From: Polyangiales bacterium
Lineage (GTDB): Bacteria; Myxococcota_A; Polyangia; Polyangiales; Houyiibacteriaceae
Length of the DNA: 64,000 nucleotides
NCBI GenBank assembly: GCA_045106895.1
Contig: JBGCFM010000039.1
Span: 160,001-224,000 of the forward strand
Reading direction: 5' to 3'
Shown here in pieces: positions 18,142-27,599 of the stretch. A program made the position numbers and the translations under genes. The notes under the pieces were generated by a model that had not been told where the DNA came from, made no database searches, and saw nothing but the letters and a program-made list of their open reading frames with translations. Each line of letters starts with the position of its first letter. Positions within the stretch are counted from its first letter, which is position 1.

Positions 18142-19960
18142 ACGGAACGAGCGCTCGCGCTTCCTTGCGTTCGTTCGCTTTCCGGTTCTCTAGATTCACC
18201 TTTACGCCAGCGGCGATCATCGTGATGCAGCCACCGACCAGGAGCCAAGGACTCGCCGCGGGCCACGCCAAGGATGCGACGACGATCATTACCCACGGCG
18301 CGGCGAAGGGTCTCGCGCGGGTGTCGATGGCGACGGCGCCAAACGACGAGGCCGTTGCGAAGAGCACAAGAAGCCACGCGCTCAGCTGCTCGTAGTCCGC
18401 GTTCTGTACAAGTGCCAAGCCGTTGAGTGCGCAGGCCGCCGCACTCACCACACCCCAGCTCCCGACGGTCGCGCGGTTGTGTTGCGTACGCATCCAGCGT
18501 TTGCGCGTCGCAAACCCGCCGCCGAACGCGATAAGCGCCGCCAGGGAGAGACCGAACATCGAGAAGTGAATATTGTGGGTCAGCGCGCCGACGATCCAAA
18601 GGATCACCCAAAGGGAGCCGCCAAACAAAACCACGTAGCGGCGAAAGTCGACCTCCACGCCCTTGTCCGACTGATGCACCAACGCGGCGAGGCGTGAAGT
18701 CTCCGCTGCGGCCTTCTCCGCGGCTTCTTCCACGAGGAGCGTAAGGTCCTCCGGCGCGTCCGTCGTCGACGCGAGGAGTTGGCCTGCCACCGCGGGCAAG
18801 CCCCGCTTCAGTGCATGATGAACCCGCGCACGGAGGAGCGCCTCTTCGCCCTTTCGCGCTTCGCGGTTGTCCGGCCATTCTTCGAGAGCCGCTCGAAACA
18901 AGACAGCCGCCTCCGTCGACGAATACTCCGCGGCTTCAACATCGCCATCGGCGCGTGCCTGCGCTGCCACCTCCGCTCGTCGCAGCGCGCGATCCACAAG
19001 CTGATGACTCCCACGCTCCCGAAGGAAGCCTTCGAGGTGCCGGCGGAAGAGCTCCGCGGACTCCGTGCGTTCGTGCAGCGAGGGTTTAAGCGCGCCGGCG
19101 AGCAAGCGGGCGAGCTCCTTCGGGATCGTGCCCTTCGGCAGATTGGGCTCACGCCCCTCCTCCGAAGCGCTCCAAGGCGGCGTCCCGTAGGCCGCGTGCC
19201 AGAGGCTCGCCGCGAGCAGGTACACATCCGTCTTTGGGCCGAGGTCCTCGCCGAGCCCAACGATCTGTTCCGGCGCCATGTACGCCTGAGTTCCAGCGAT
19301 CTCCCGCGACGGCACCCGCGGCAAAAACTCTTCGTCTTCCTCGAAGGAGGCGGCCAACCCCCAGTCCAGCAGGTACACCTCTCCGAAGGACCCGATCATC
19401 ACGTTCGACGGCTTGATGTCGCGATGCATGATCCCACGCTTGTGCGCGAAGGAGAGCGCGCGCGTCAGCTGAAGCGCCACGCGGATATGCCACTCCAACG
19501 CCTCGCCTTCGTGGATCTCTTCTAAGAGAGAAGGTTCGCGAATAAAGTCCAGCCACGAGCGCCCTTCGATCCTCTTGAGCACAAGCTGCGGAAGCCCCCG
19601 CGCGTCGAAGACGAGGTCGTGCACAGGCACGATATTCGGATGCTCGAGAGCCCCAGTGACGTACGCTTCACGAATCAGAACGTCGGAGTCATCTTCGTCC
19701 GCCAAGAGCTGCTTGACGGCAACGTCGCGCCGCAAGGAGCGCTGAACCCCGGCTAAAATCGCGGCCTGTCCGCCACGCCCAAGTTCGGCGCCGAGCTCCA
19801 GCCCCTTGTTGTGAGGCTCCATGGACATCGGAATCCCGGACCGCTGCGAAGGCGTGGTGAGACCTGGCCTGAGCCGGCTCGTCAGGTCCCGCTCCGTAGG
19901 CTTCACGGCCGGCCGGGAGCGGTACGTAAGCTCAGGATCTATCTCGTTCGAGTCGGACAT
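18113..19960 (-). CDS. Ser/Thr protein kinase with a C-terminal multi-TM region
   Basis: LGRGGQ, VAVK, HPNIVPVHD, HRDIKPSN, DWG, GTQAYMAPEQ; about 6 C-terminal TMs. Confidence 0.9.
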   Translation of the reverse strand: MSDSNEIDPELTYRSRPAVKPTERDLTSRLRPGLTTPSQRSGIPMSMEPHNKGLELGAELGRGGQAAILAGVQRSLRRDVAVKQLLADEDDSDVLIREAYVTGALEHPNIVPVHDLVFDARGLPQLVLKRIEGRSWLDFIREPSLLEEIHEGEALEWHIRVALQLTRALSFAHKRGIMHRDIKPSNVMIGSFGEVYLLDWGLAASFEEDEEFLPRVPSREIAGTQAYMAPEQIVGLGEDLGPKTDVYLLAASLWHAAYGTPPWSASEEGREPNLPKGTIPKELARLLAGALKPSLHERTESAELFRRHLEGFLRERGSHQLVDRALRRAEVAAQARADGDVEAAEYSSTEAAVLFRAALEEWPDNREARKGEEALLRARVHHALKRGLPAVAGQLLASTTDAPEDLTLLVEEAAEKAAAETSRLAALVHQSDKGVEVDFRRYVVLFGGSLWVILWIVGALTHNIHFSMFGLSLAALIAFGGGFATRKRWMRTQHNRATVGSWGVVSAAACALNGLALVQNADYEQLSAWLLVLFATASSFGAVAIDTRARPFAAPWVMIVVASLAWPAASPWLLVGGCITMIAAGVKVNLENRKANERKEARALVPSNPPSDRGD

Positions 19961-20099
19961 AAAGAAGGAACGCGCGGCGCCACCCCAAGCTTACCCCTGT
20001 CCGGCCGCCTCTGTTCGTTTTCTCTTCGCTGGAATGGGCGCGGAGGCGCAGAAAGTGACGGGGGTATTGCGCCACCTGAACATCCGATACTCTGCGCAG

Positions 20100-21590
20100 A
20101 TGCGCGTAACACCCCTCACCTGCCTGCTTTTCGTCATCTTTGCAGGCTGCGGAGTGGGGGAAGACGAGCCCAGCCCGGAGCCCGCGACGGCACTGGAAGA
20201 GCCCCCAGAGCCGTCGAGGGAAGCAGCGCCAAGGGAGCCGGAAGTCGAGACGGCCTACGCCATCCACGAGTGGGGCTTTATCGCGCACCATTACGACGAA
20301 GCCGAAGACGCCCTGATCTCAAGCGGCGCCGTGCCCGCTCCCGTCTATAGGCGCCCCATCAACCTCGACCCGCACCCGACGGGTCGCGGCGGCGGTAAGC
20401 CGGTGATCTACGTCCACCTTCAGGGCGAAGGAAATGTCGCACGCTTCAACGCGTCCCTCTCCACCGCCGGCCGTTTCCTCGAGGAGTGGCCCCACAGTGA
20501 AGGCTCCACGCCGACCCGCCTCACCTGGGACGTCGCAGCCCGCCGTGGAAGTTGTAGCGCCGATGCCCGCTACCCCGTCGCGAACGACGAACACTGCGCC
20601 GGCATCGCGGACGGGTACTGCGAAGCGGCGGAGCTGGCACACTACGAGACCGAAGACAGCGCGTGCCTGACGGTTGCCGGCGACCAATGGAACCACCTCT
20701 TTTACCGCGCGCAGATCCCCGGCGACGTGCCCCTACGCGTGTCCAAAAGCGGCGAGACTTTCACCGTTCACAACTCCGCGCAGCTCCCAGGTCGGCTCAT
20801 GCGCATTCACCGCGAAGACGACGCGGTCAACAGCCGCGTCGTGCTCTTCGACGCCCCTGCCGCCGGCGAGTCCATGGTGGTTCCAGCTGCGGACAGTCCC
20901 GCCCCCCTCGGCGTTGCCGCTCTGGAAGCTGAGCTCAGCGCCCTCGGCATGAGCGCAGACGAAACCGAGGCGTTCATGATCGCGTGGGAAGCCGAGCTCT
21001 TCGGCGACACTTCGCAGCGCACTCAGGTCGAGATGATCGGCTCGCCGCCGCACGACCTCAGGCCCAAAGCCGACTCGCTCCTCTACTTCTTACCCGTTGT
21101 CACCCTCGATGCGATGGTCCCCCTCGCCTTCACGCCGCCGCCGGCAGAAGTCCGCCGCGCCGTCCTCGTTCGCATCGACCTTGGCGAGGCTCGCGTTCCG
21201 TCTCACGGCAGTACCATCAGCGCCGGCACCATCGGTCTTGGCAACCACAGCGGCTACGGGAATGGCGCGCGCAATCGCGTCGTTGTGCGAATGGGCCCCG
21301 TTCGCGTGGAGGGTGAGTTCTCGCAGGAGATCGTTCGGCGCACGATTCGGCGTCGCAATGGCGAGCTTCGTGTGTGCGGCGAAGAACACCTTTCCGCCGG
21401 AAGCGAAGCCGAGGTCACGCTTCAGTTCACCATCACGCCCGAGGGCGCCGTGCAGGGAATCACCACCGCTGGCGGATCCGCGGCCTTGCGCGCGTGCTTT
21501 ACGTCCAACATCGAAGCTTGGACTTTTCCCTACCCGGACATGCGCAGGCTGCAAGTGTCCACGTCGTTCAATCTCACGGCCTCGGAATAG
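20100..21590 (+). CDS. lipoprotein with a HEWG/KPVIY domain and an AgmX/PglI (TonB-C-like) C-terminal domain, paralog A
   Basis: FAGC lipobox; HEWG, GGKPVIY; IVRRTIRRRNGELRVC...FTITPEGAV...CF...WTFP. Confidence 0.75.
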   Translation: MRVTPLTCLLFVIFAGCGVGEDEPSPEPATALEEPPEPSREAAPREPEVETAYAIHEWGFIAHHYDEAEDALISSGAVPAPVYRRPINLDPHPTGRGGGKPVIYVHLQGEGNVARFNASLSTAGRFLEEWPHSEGSTPTRLTWDVAARRGSCSADARYPVANDEHCAGIADGYCEAAELAHYETEDSACLTVAGDQWNHLFYRAQIPGDVPLRVSKSGETFTVHNSAQLPGRLMRIHREDDAVNSRVVLFDAPAAGESMVVPAADSPAPLGVAALEAELSALGMSADETEAFMIAWEAELFGDTSQRTQVEMIGSPPHDLRPKADSLLYFLPVVTLDAMVPLAFTPPPAEVRRAVLVRIDLGEARVPSHGSTISAGTIGLGNHSGYGNGARNRVVVRMGPVRVEGEFSQEIVRRTIRRRNGELRVCGEEHLSAGSEAEVTLQFTITPEGAVQGITTAGGSAALRACFTSNIEAWTFPYPDMRRLQVSTSFNLTASE

Positions 21591-21599
21591 GTTCAGAAT

Positions 21600-23138
21600 A
21601 TGCGGACAACACTCACCTGCCTGCTTCTCGCGTCGATGGCCTGCGGAGGCGAAGAAAACCAAGGCGCCCCAGCCGACGAAACAACCGAGACCCAAGAGCC
21701 CCAACAAGCCGTCGAAGCGAACGCCCCCGAAGTCGAGACAGCGTACGCGATCCACGAGTGGGGTTTCATCGCGCAACACTACGCAGCGGGCGAGGACGAG
21801 CTCCTGACGAGCCGCACCGTCCCTTCGCCCGAAATCGTACGCTTGCTGGGAGTCGGCGACCGATCCTACGGCTTCGGCGGGAAGCCTGTGATCTACGTGC
21901 ACCTCCAAGGGGAGAGCACCAACGTCCGCTTCCGTGCGTCCCTCTCCACCGCCGGGCGCTTCGTCGAAGAGTGGCCCCACAGCGAAGGTTCCACGCCGAC
22001 GCGCCTCAGCTGGGACGTCGAGGCCCGCCGGGGAAGCTGCAGCGCCGCCGGCAACTACCCCGTCGCGGCGGACGAACACTGCGGCGGTATCTCGGACCAC
22101 TACTGCGAAGCCGCCGAGCTCGCGAACTACGAAACCGAAGACAGCGCCTGTCTCACCATCGCGGGCAAGCAATGGAACCACCTCTTCTACCGCGCGGAGG
22201 TCAGCGGCGCGGTGCCCCTCCGCGTCTCCAAGAGCGATGACACCTTCACGGTGCATAGCTCCGCGGCCCTCCCGGGCCGGCTCATGCGCATCCAACGCAC
22301 GGACGACGCCTCGGGCACCCACGTCGCCCTCTTTGACGCCCCGGCGGCCGGCGAGTCGCGAACTCTTCCCTCGACGGACATGCCCGCCTCCGTCGGCATC
22401 GCTGCGCTGCAAGCCGAGTTGAGCGCTTTGGGCATGAGCGAAGACGAGACCAACGCCTTCATGACGGCGTGGCAACCCGAGCTCTTCGGCGACACACCCG
22501 AGCGGACTCAAGTCGAAATGGTCGGCAGGCCGCCACTGGCGCTCCAGCCCAAAGCCGACGCGCTGATCTACTTCTTGCCCATGGCGACGCTCGACGCGAT
22601 GGTCCCCCTCGACTTCACGCCGCCTCCCGCGGAAGTCCGGCGTGCCGTCCTCGTGCGCATCGACCTCGGTACAGCGACGCCCGCGCACGGCCTCGGAGCC
22701 TTCGACCTCGGCGAGAGCGACCACGGCACGAATGGAACGCAGGGAATCGGCCTGGGCAACCTAGGCCACATCGGCCCATCCAGCCCCGCAAACCCAAACT
22801 ACCGTCCGCCCTCCTCCATGGTTCGTGTTCGGCAACGAAGCCTCGACGTCGAAGGCGAGTATTCGGCGGCAGTGGCGCGCCGCATCATCCGCCGTCACAT
22901 CAACGAGGTGCGCTTGTGTGGCGATCAACATCTTGAGGGCGCCGGCACTGAAGCGAACATCGAGCTCAGCTTCGACATCAGCGCGACCGGAGCCGTGCGG
23001 GACGCACGGGTGACAGGCGGGCCCAGCGCGCTCAACGGATGCCTCGGTGCGGCTGCGCGTCGCTGGACGTTTCCAAGCCCCGAATCGGCTGCCGTCCGCG
23101 TCACCGCCCCGCTGCACTTCGAACTCTACGCCCCCTAA
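21600..23138 (+). CDS. lipoprotein with a HEWG/KPVIY domain and an AgmX/PglI C-terminal domain, paralog B
   Basis: Long identical blocks with paralog A; RRIIRRHINEVRLC...FDISATGAV...RWTFPSP. Confidence 0.78.
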   Translation: MRTTLTCLLLASMACGGEENQGAPADETTETQEPQQAVEANAPEVETAYAIHEWGFIAQHYAAGEDELLTSRTVPSPEIVRLLGVGDRSYGFGGKPVIYVHLQGESTNVRFRASLSTAGRFVEEWPHSEGSTPTRLSWDVEARRGSCSAAGNYPVAADEHCGGISDHYCEAAELANYETEDSACLTIAGKQWNHLFYRAEVSGAVPLRVSKSDDTFTVHSSAALPGRLMRIQRTDDASGTHVALFDAPAAGESRTLPSTDMPASVGIAALQAELSALGMSEDETNAFMTAWQPELFGDTPERTQVEMVGRPPLALQPKADALIYFLPMATLDAMVPLDFTPPPAEVRRAVLVRIDLGTATPAHGLGAFDLGESDHGTNGTQGIGLGNLGHIGPSSPANPNYRPPSSMVRVRQRSLDVEGEYSAAVARRIIRRHINEVRLCGDQHLEGAGTEANIELSFDISATGAVRDARVTGGPSALNGCLGAAARRWTFPSPESAAVRVTAPLHFELYAP

Positions 23139-23259
23139 GGCGTACGAAGCCCAGAAGCAGACAGGCCGCCGCTGAATCCCCAACGACGGAGCCCCACACC
23201 CGGCGATGAGGCGAGGGCGTTTTTGTGCAGCGGTGGGCAGGATCTGACAAGATACGCAT

Positions 23260-24996
23260 GTGATTCGCAGCGACGACGCCGGGGGGACAAGCGACCTCGC
23301 CCGGTCGGAGATGGAGACCCGCGACTTCCAGTCGAAACCGGCCGCGCCTTCGGCGCTGACCTTGCCCACCGGCACCCTCCTCGCGCAGCGCTATCGAATC
23401 TTGGGGCTCCTGGGCGCCGGCGGCATGGGCGCGGTCTATTCGGCGAAAAACGAACGCATCGGACGACGCGTCGCCCTCAAGCTCGTCACCACCGACAAAG
23501 GACCGGGACATTCGGAGCTCATGCGGCGCTTCGAGATCGAAGCGCGCGCTGCCTCGGACCTCGGACACGACCACATCGTCGATGTCCTCGACGTTGGCGA
23601 ACTCTCCGACGGCACTCCGTTCTTGGTCATGGAGCACCTCGATGGGCGTGACCTTCGAGCGGCGCTGGAGGCGGACGGGCCGTTCACCGTCGGTCGTATG
23701 GCGCGTGTGCTGGTGCCGATCTGCGAGGCCCTCGACGCGGTTCATGGCAAAGGCGTCGTGCACCGCGACCTGAAGCCCGCGAATATTTTCCTCGCCAAAG
23801 GCGCCGCAGAGCACCCAAAGATTCTCGACTTTGGTGTCTCCAAGCTTCCGGCAAACCAGGGCGAGACTCAGACCGGCGTCGCGTTGGGCACACCTGGCTA
23901 TATGTCGCCGGAGCAAGCACGCGGCCTGCGCGACGTGGACGTGCGCAGCGACATCTTCTCCCTTGGCGTCATCGCGTATGAACTTCTGGCGGGTGAGCGG
24001 CCCTTCTCCGCGCCAAGTGTTCCTGTGTTGCTGCTGCGGATCGTGCACCAAGAGCCAGTTCCCATCGGAGAGCGGCGTGGCGATCTACCGGATGCCATCG
24101 TTCGGCTGGTCGGCGACGCCTTGGCCAAGGATGCCTCCGCGCGTCTTCCAAGCGTCCTCCACTTTGCCAACGCGCTGCGTCCGTTCTTGAACCACGACCG
24201 GGCTCCTGAGCTTCGCCAGGCGCCGGCGTTGATCTCCTCGATGGCAAACGAGTTTGCGGGCTCCGCGCCCGTGGACGCCGCGCCCGTGGACGCCGCGCCC
24301 GTGAACGCCGCGCCCGTGAACGCCGCGCCCGTGAACGCCGCGCCCGTGGACGCCGCGCCCGTGGACGCCGCGCCCGTGGACGCCGCGCCCGTGAACGCCG
24401 CGCCCGCCGGCGTCTCCGCCGAAAGTACTTCCGGAAGCGGCCTGGCGCCTGCGGCGAGACGAGTCGGGCTTTTCGGCGTTGTCGCTGTCCTCATGGTGGT
24501 GGCCTCCGCGGCGATTTTTTCGCGCGAGGGCTCCACCTCAGCATCGCCAGCATCGTCGCCGGTGGTCAGCCCCCAGCTGGAGGTACGACTGCGGATTCAA
24601 ACGAGCCCTCCAGATGCGCGCATCACACTCGACGGTCACACTCTCGATGCACCCGTCGACATCACACGCCCCCGCGACCTTGAGTTCCTGACTCTGCGCG
24701 TCGAAGCGCCAGGGTTCGTCAGCGATGAGCGCGCGCTTGTGTTGGACCGCGACCAGACTCTCACCGTCACGCTGGACGAAGACCTCGTCGAAGAGGTGAC
24801 CGTAGCGCCTCGTGAACAAACGCCGCGTCCACCGCCCGCGACTCCGCGTGTCCGGGCCGCGGCAGCAGCGTCGGCCGAGTCGATGGTCGCTGAGCCCGTT
24901 GTGGCGGCAGAATCGATGGCGGCAGAATCGACGGCGGAGATTCCCATCGAAGAACCTGCGCCGCGCGAGGAAGGAGACCTTCGTCGTGAGTTCTAG
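23260..24996 (+). CDS. membrane Ser/Thr protein kinase with a PEGA-like extracytoplasmic domain
   Basis: LGAGGMGAVY, VALK, HRDLKPAN, DFG, GTPGYMSPEQ; TM; IQTSPPDARITLDG. Confidence 0.92.
   Translation: MIRSDDAGGTSDLARSEMETRDFQSKPAAPSALTLPTGTLLAQRYRILGLLGAGGMGAVYSAKNERIGRRVALKLVTTDKGPGHSELMRRFEIEARAASDLGHDHIVDVLDVGELSDGTPFLVMEHLDGRDLRAALEADGPFTVGRMARVLVPICEALDAVHGKGVVHRDLKPANIFLAKGAAEHPKILDFGVSKLPANQGETQTGVALGTPGYMSPEQARGLRDVDVRSDIFSLGVIAYELLAGERPFSAPSVPVLLLRIVHQEPVPIGERRGDLPDAIVRLVGDALAKDASARLPSVLHFANALRPFLNHDRAPELRQAPALISSMANEFAGSAPVDAAPVDAAPVNAAPVNAAPVNAAPVDAAPVDAAPVDAAPVNAAPAGVSAESTSGSGLAPAARRVGLFGVVAVLMVVASAAIFSREGSTSASPASSPVVSPQLEVRLRIQTSPPDARITLDGHTLDAPVDITRPRDLEFLTLRVEAPGFVSDERALVLDRDQTLTVTLDEDLVEEVTVAPREQTPRPPPATPRVRAAAAASAESMVAEPVVAAESMAAESTAEIPIEEPAPREEGDLRREF
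24265..24405 (+). repeat. intragenic 15-bp VNTR, 9 copies encoding APV(D/N)A
   Basis: gcgcccgtg(g/a)acgcc x9. Confidence 0.95.
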
Positions 24997-25996
24997 AGTG
25001 CAGATCGGCTTGGTGCTCGCTCTCATCCTCATGACCGCTCCGGGCGTGCACGCGCAGGACGCGGATCAGCGCGAAGGAACGCCTGAACCCACTCTCCACC
25101 CGGGCGAGGCCGAGGCCGAGGACGAGACCGAGAACTCTGAGTCGGCGCAGCCAGTAGGTGCAGAGGAGAACGTGAGCCCCATCGTGGCGGAGCACCTAGA
25201 GCAGGCACGCCAGCGCTTCTTGCGAGGCATCGAGCTGGCGGACAGAGGCGACTGCGCTGGCGCCGTATCGGAGTTTCAAGCGTCCCTCGACATCGCCGTG
25301 CGCCCCAGCACCCTCTACAATATCGCGCGCTGCCAGGAACGCCTCCACCGCTACGACGCCGCGATCCGGGCGTACGAACGCTATTTGCGAGACGCCCCGG
25401 CGGATGATCCCGATAGGCCCCGCGCCGAAGCCACCATCGCAGGACTCCGCAGTTTTCTCGGCACGCTCTCCATCGAATGCAACACGGCCGCGGAGGTGTG
25501 GGTGGACGGACGGATCGTTGGAGAAGCCCCAGGCCAGCTCTCGTTGCCGAGTGGGCAACATACGCTTGAGCTTCGCGCCGAAGGTTACCTCTCGGAACAG
25601 CGCGACATCACCGTCCGCGCGCAAAGCCGCACCGATATCCGCATCGAGCTCGGCCAGGCGGCGGTTCATGAACACATCAACATTCAGACGCCGCCTATCC
25701 CGCGCGCCGTGACGCTGGGCGTCGGAGGGTTGGCCATCACGGCCATCATCACCGGCGCAGGCTTTGGCATTCGCGCGCTCCGCGTTGCCAGCGCTGAAGA
25801 GGCGCGCGACCCACGGCTCCCTCGTGATGCGGACACCGTCGCGCGCGCAGCTTTGCTTGGCGATGTTTTTCTGATCGGGGGCGGAGTCCTCGCGGCGACG
25901 ACGGTGGCACTCGGGTTCCTCACCGACTGGGATCCGAACGTGGAAGTATCCGCGTCGTCCGCTCATGTTCTTGCCACTTGGAACGCACAATGGTGA
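24986..25996 (+). CDS. TPR + PEGA domain secreted/membrane protein
   Basis: GTG start after AAGGAG; signal peptide; TPR LYNIARCQE...YERYL; PEGA AEVWVDG...GQHTLELRAEGY; C-terminal hydrophobic hairpin. Confidence 0.85.
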   Translation: MSSRVQIGLVLALILMTAPGVHAQDADQREGTPEPTLHPGEAEAEDETENSESAQPVGAEENVSPIVAEHLEQARQRFLRGIELADRGDCAGAVSEFQASLDIAVRPSTLYNIARCQERLHRYDAAIRAYERYLRDAPADDPDRPRAEATIAGLRSFLGTLSIECNTAAEVWVDGRIVGEAPGQLSLPSGQHTLELRAEGYLSEQRDITVRAQSRTDIRIELGQAAVHEHINIQTPPIPRAVTLGVGGLAITAIITGAGFGIRALRVASAEEARDPRLPRDADTVARAALLGDVFLIGGGVLAATTVALGFLTDWDPNVEVSASSAHVLATWNAQW

Positions 25997-27510
25997 CGAG
26001 TATTCGCAGGCTCGGCTTCTTGATTGGCATCTGCTTGATGATGTTGGGCTGTTCTGCCCTAGGCCTCGACGACGAGCTCCGGGTTCAAGCCATGTGCGGG
26101 GCTGAGATGTCGACGTGCAGCGACCTCGACGCCATCGAACCCCAAGGCCCTTGCCTCGCGTGGCGGTGCAGTGACCGCGTCGACCCAGCGGCGGGAGTGT
26201 GCATCGTCGACCTCCTCGATAGAGACGGCGATGGGGCTCCCGCGCCCGAATGCGCCACGTCCGACCGCGCCGGCGACTGCGATGATGACGCGCCCACGAA
26301 CGGACCCAACCTGGTGGAGACCTGTGACCGCAGGGACAACGACTGCGACATGCGCATCGATGAGGGCGTGATGCCCGTCAGCGTCGCCGATCTCCCGACA
26401 GCCGCGGGTGCGTTGCGCTTGATCTCTTACGGGCAGACCCAGGTCAACATGGCGATGGCCTATCGAAGCGACGCTCGTCTCGCGGTGACGCTGAGCGGCG
26501 AGAGCGACGCCGGCTCCGCACAAACGCTCCGCGGCGCGGCGGAGAACAGCAACCCCGTCGCGACGGGGATCACGTCTCTTGGAGATGAGTGGGCGATTGC
26601 CTTCACCCAAGGGAGCGGCTGCTCGAGACTTCAGCTCGGCGTCTGGGACGGCACGAGCACGGGCTTCGACGTGGACTCCGCCTTCCTCGACAGCGGAATG
26701 CCCAAGCCGACGGGCTCATGCCCCGACGACGCGTCTCCTGTCGGGATACCCGTCGTGGCATCACTGTCTCGTCAGCAGGCGCTCGTCGCTACCGTCGGCG
26801 ACGAGGGCCTAGATAGCTGTAGCCCAGTCAACGGCCCGGTGAACCTTGTGGTGGCCCAGAGGCCCTTTGGCGCATCGGGTTCTTTTGACTCGATGCGGGC
26901 AGTCGACTCCGGTCTCCGGGGCATTCAAGCGCGCATAGGCCTCGCAGCGATCAGCGCTGATTTCGGATACCTCCTCGCCGTCGTCGAAGCGGATGGCCTC
27001 GGCCTCCATCGTGTCACCGTCGATGGGGGCTCGTTGCTGCCAACGCTCACGCGGCTGGAGCGGCTCCCCTGCGTCGAGGGCTGCGCCGAAGTTTCTCTCG
27101 TAGGCCTGAGCCCGACGCGCGCGGCGCTCTCTTACCGCGACGGCAGCTGTGAACGCGCCCTCGCGCGGGGTCGCGAGATCGAAATCCTCGACGGGAGCAT
27201 CCGCCTTGGTCTGGACCTCAGCACGGCAACCATCGATGGCGTCCGCAACCCGGTCCTGACGCGAAGCCGTGCCCCCGAAGAGTGGACCCTCGCGTGGGCC
27301 GTGACCCGCGGCGACGAGAGCGAGCGCGGCGTCCGCGCCCAGCGCTATTCGCTATCCGGAGAGCCCCAAGGGCCGCCATCCATCATTTCGATGGTGTCCA
27401 CGGGGGAGAGTATCGCGATCCAGGGCGGCGTTGGCGCGCGAAGCTCAACCGTCTACTTCTACGAAACGGGCTCAGGGCTCAGCCGGGCGTCACTCGCATG
27501 CGGAGAATGA
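25990..27510 (+). CDS. lipoprotein with a putative metal-binding (MopE-like DxDGDG...DCDD) repeat
   Basis: LGC lipobox; DRDGDG...GDCDD...ETCDRRDNDCDMRIDEG. Confidence 0.78.
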   Translation: MVTSIRRLGFLIGICLMMLGCSALGLDDELRVQAMCGAEMSTCSDLDAIEPQGPCLAWRCSDRVDPAAGVCIVDLLDRDGDGAPAPECATSDRAGDCDDDAPTNGPNLVETCDRRDNDCDMRIDEGVMPVSVADLPTAAGALRLISYGQTQVNMAMAYRSDARLAVTLSGESDAGSAQTLRGAAENSNPVATGITSLGDEWAIAFTQGSGCSRLQLGVWDGTSTGFDVDSAFLDSGMPKPTGSCPDDASPVGIPVVASLSRQQALVATVGDEGLDSCSPVNGPVNLVVAQRPFGASGSFDSMRAVDSGLRGIQARIGLAAISADFGYLLAVVEADGLGLHRVTVDGGSLLPTLTRLERLPCVEGCAEVSLVGLSPTRAALSYRDGSCERALARGREIEILDGSIRLGLDLSTATIDGVRNPVLTRSRAPEEWTLAWAVTRGDESERGVRAQRYSLSGEPQGPPSIISMVSTGESIAIQGGVGARSSTVYFYETGSGLSRASLACGE

Positions 27511-27599
27511 GCAGCCCCTACGCAACGGGGTCCGACATGGGCAAGTTCTGTCTTCGGCGCTTGCTTGCATCGCCGCAGCTTGCTTGGAACAGTCTTAGG

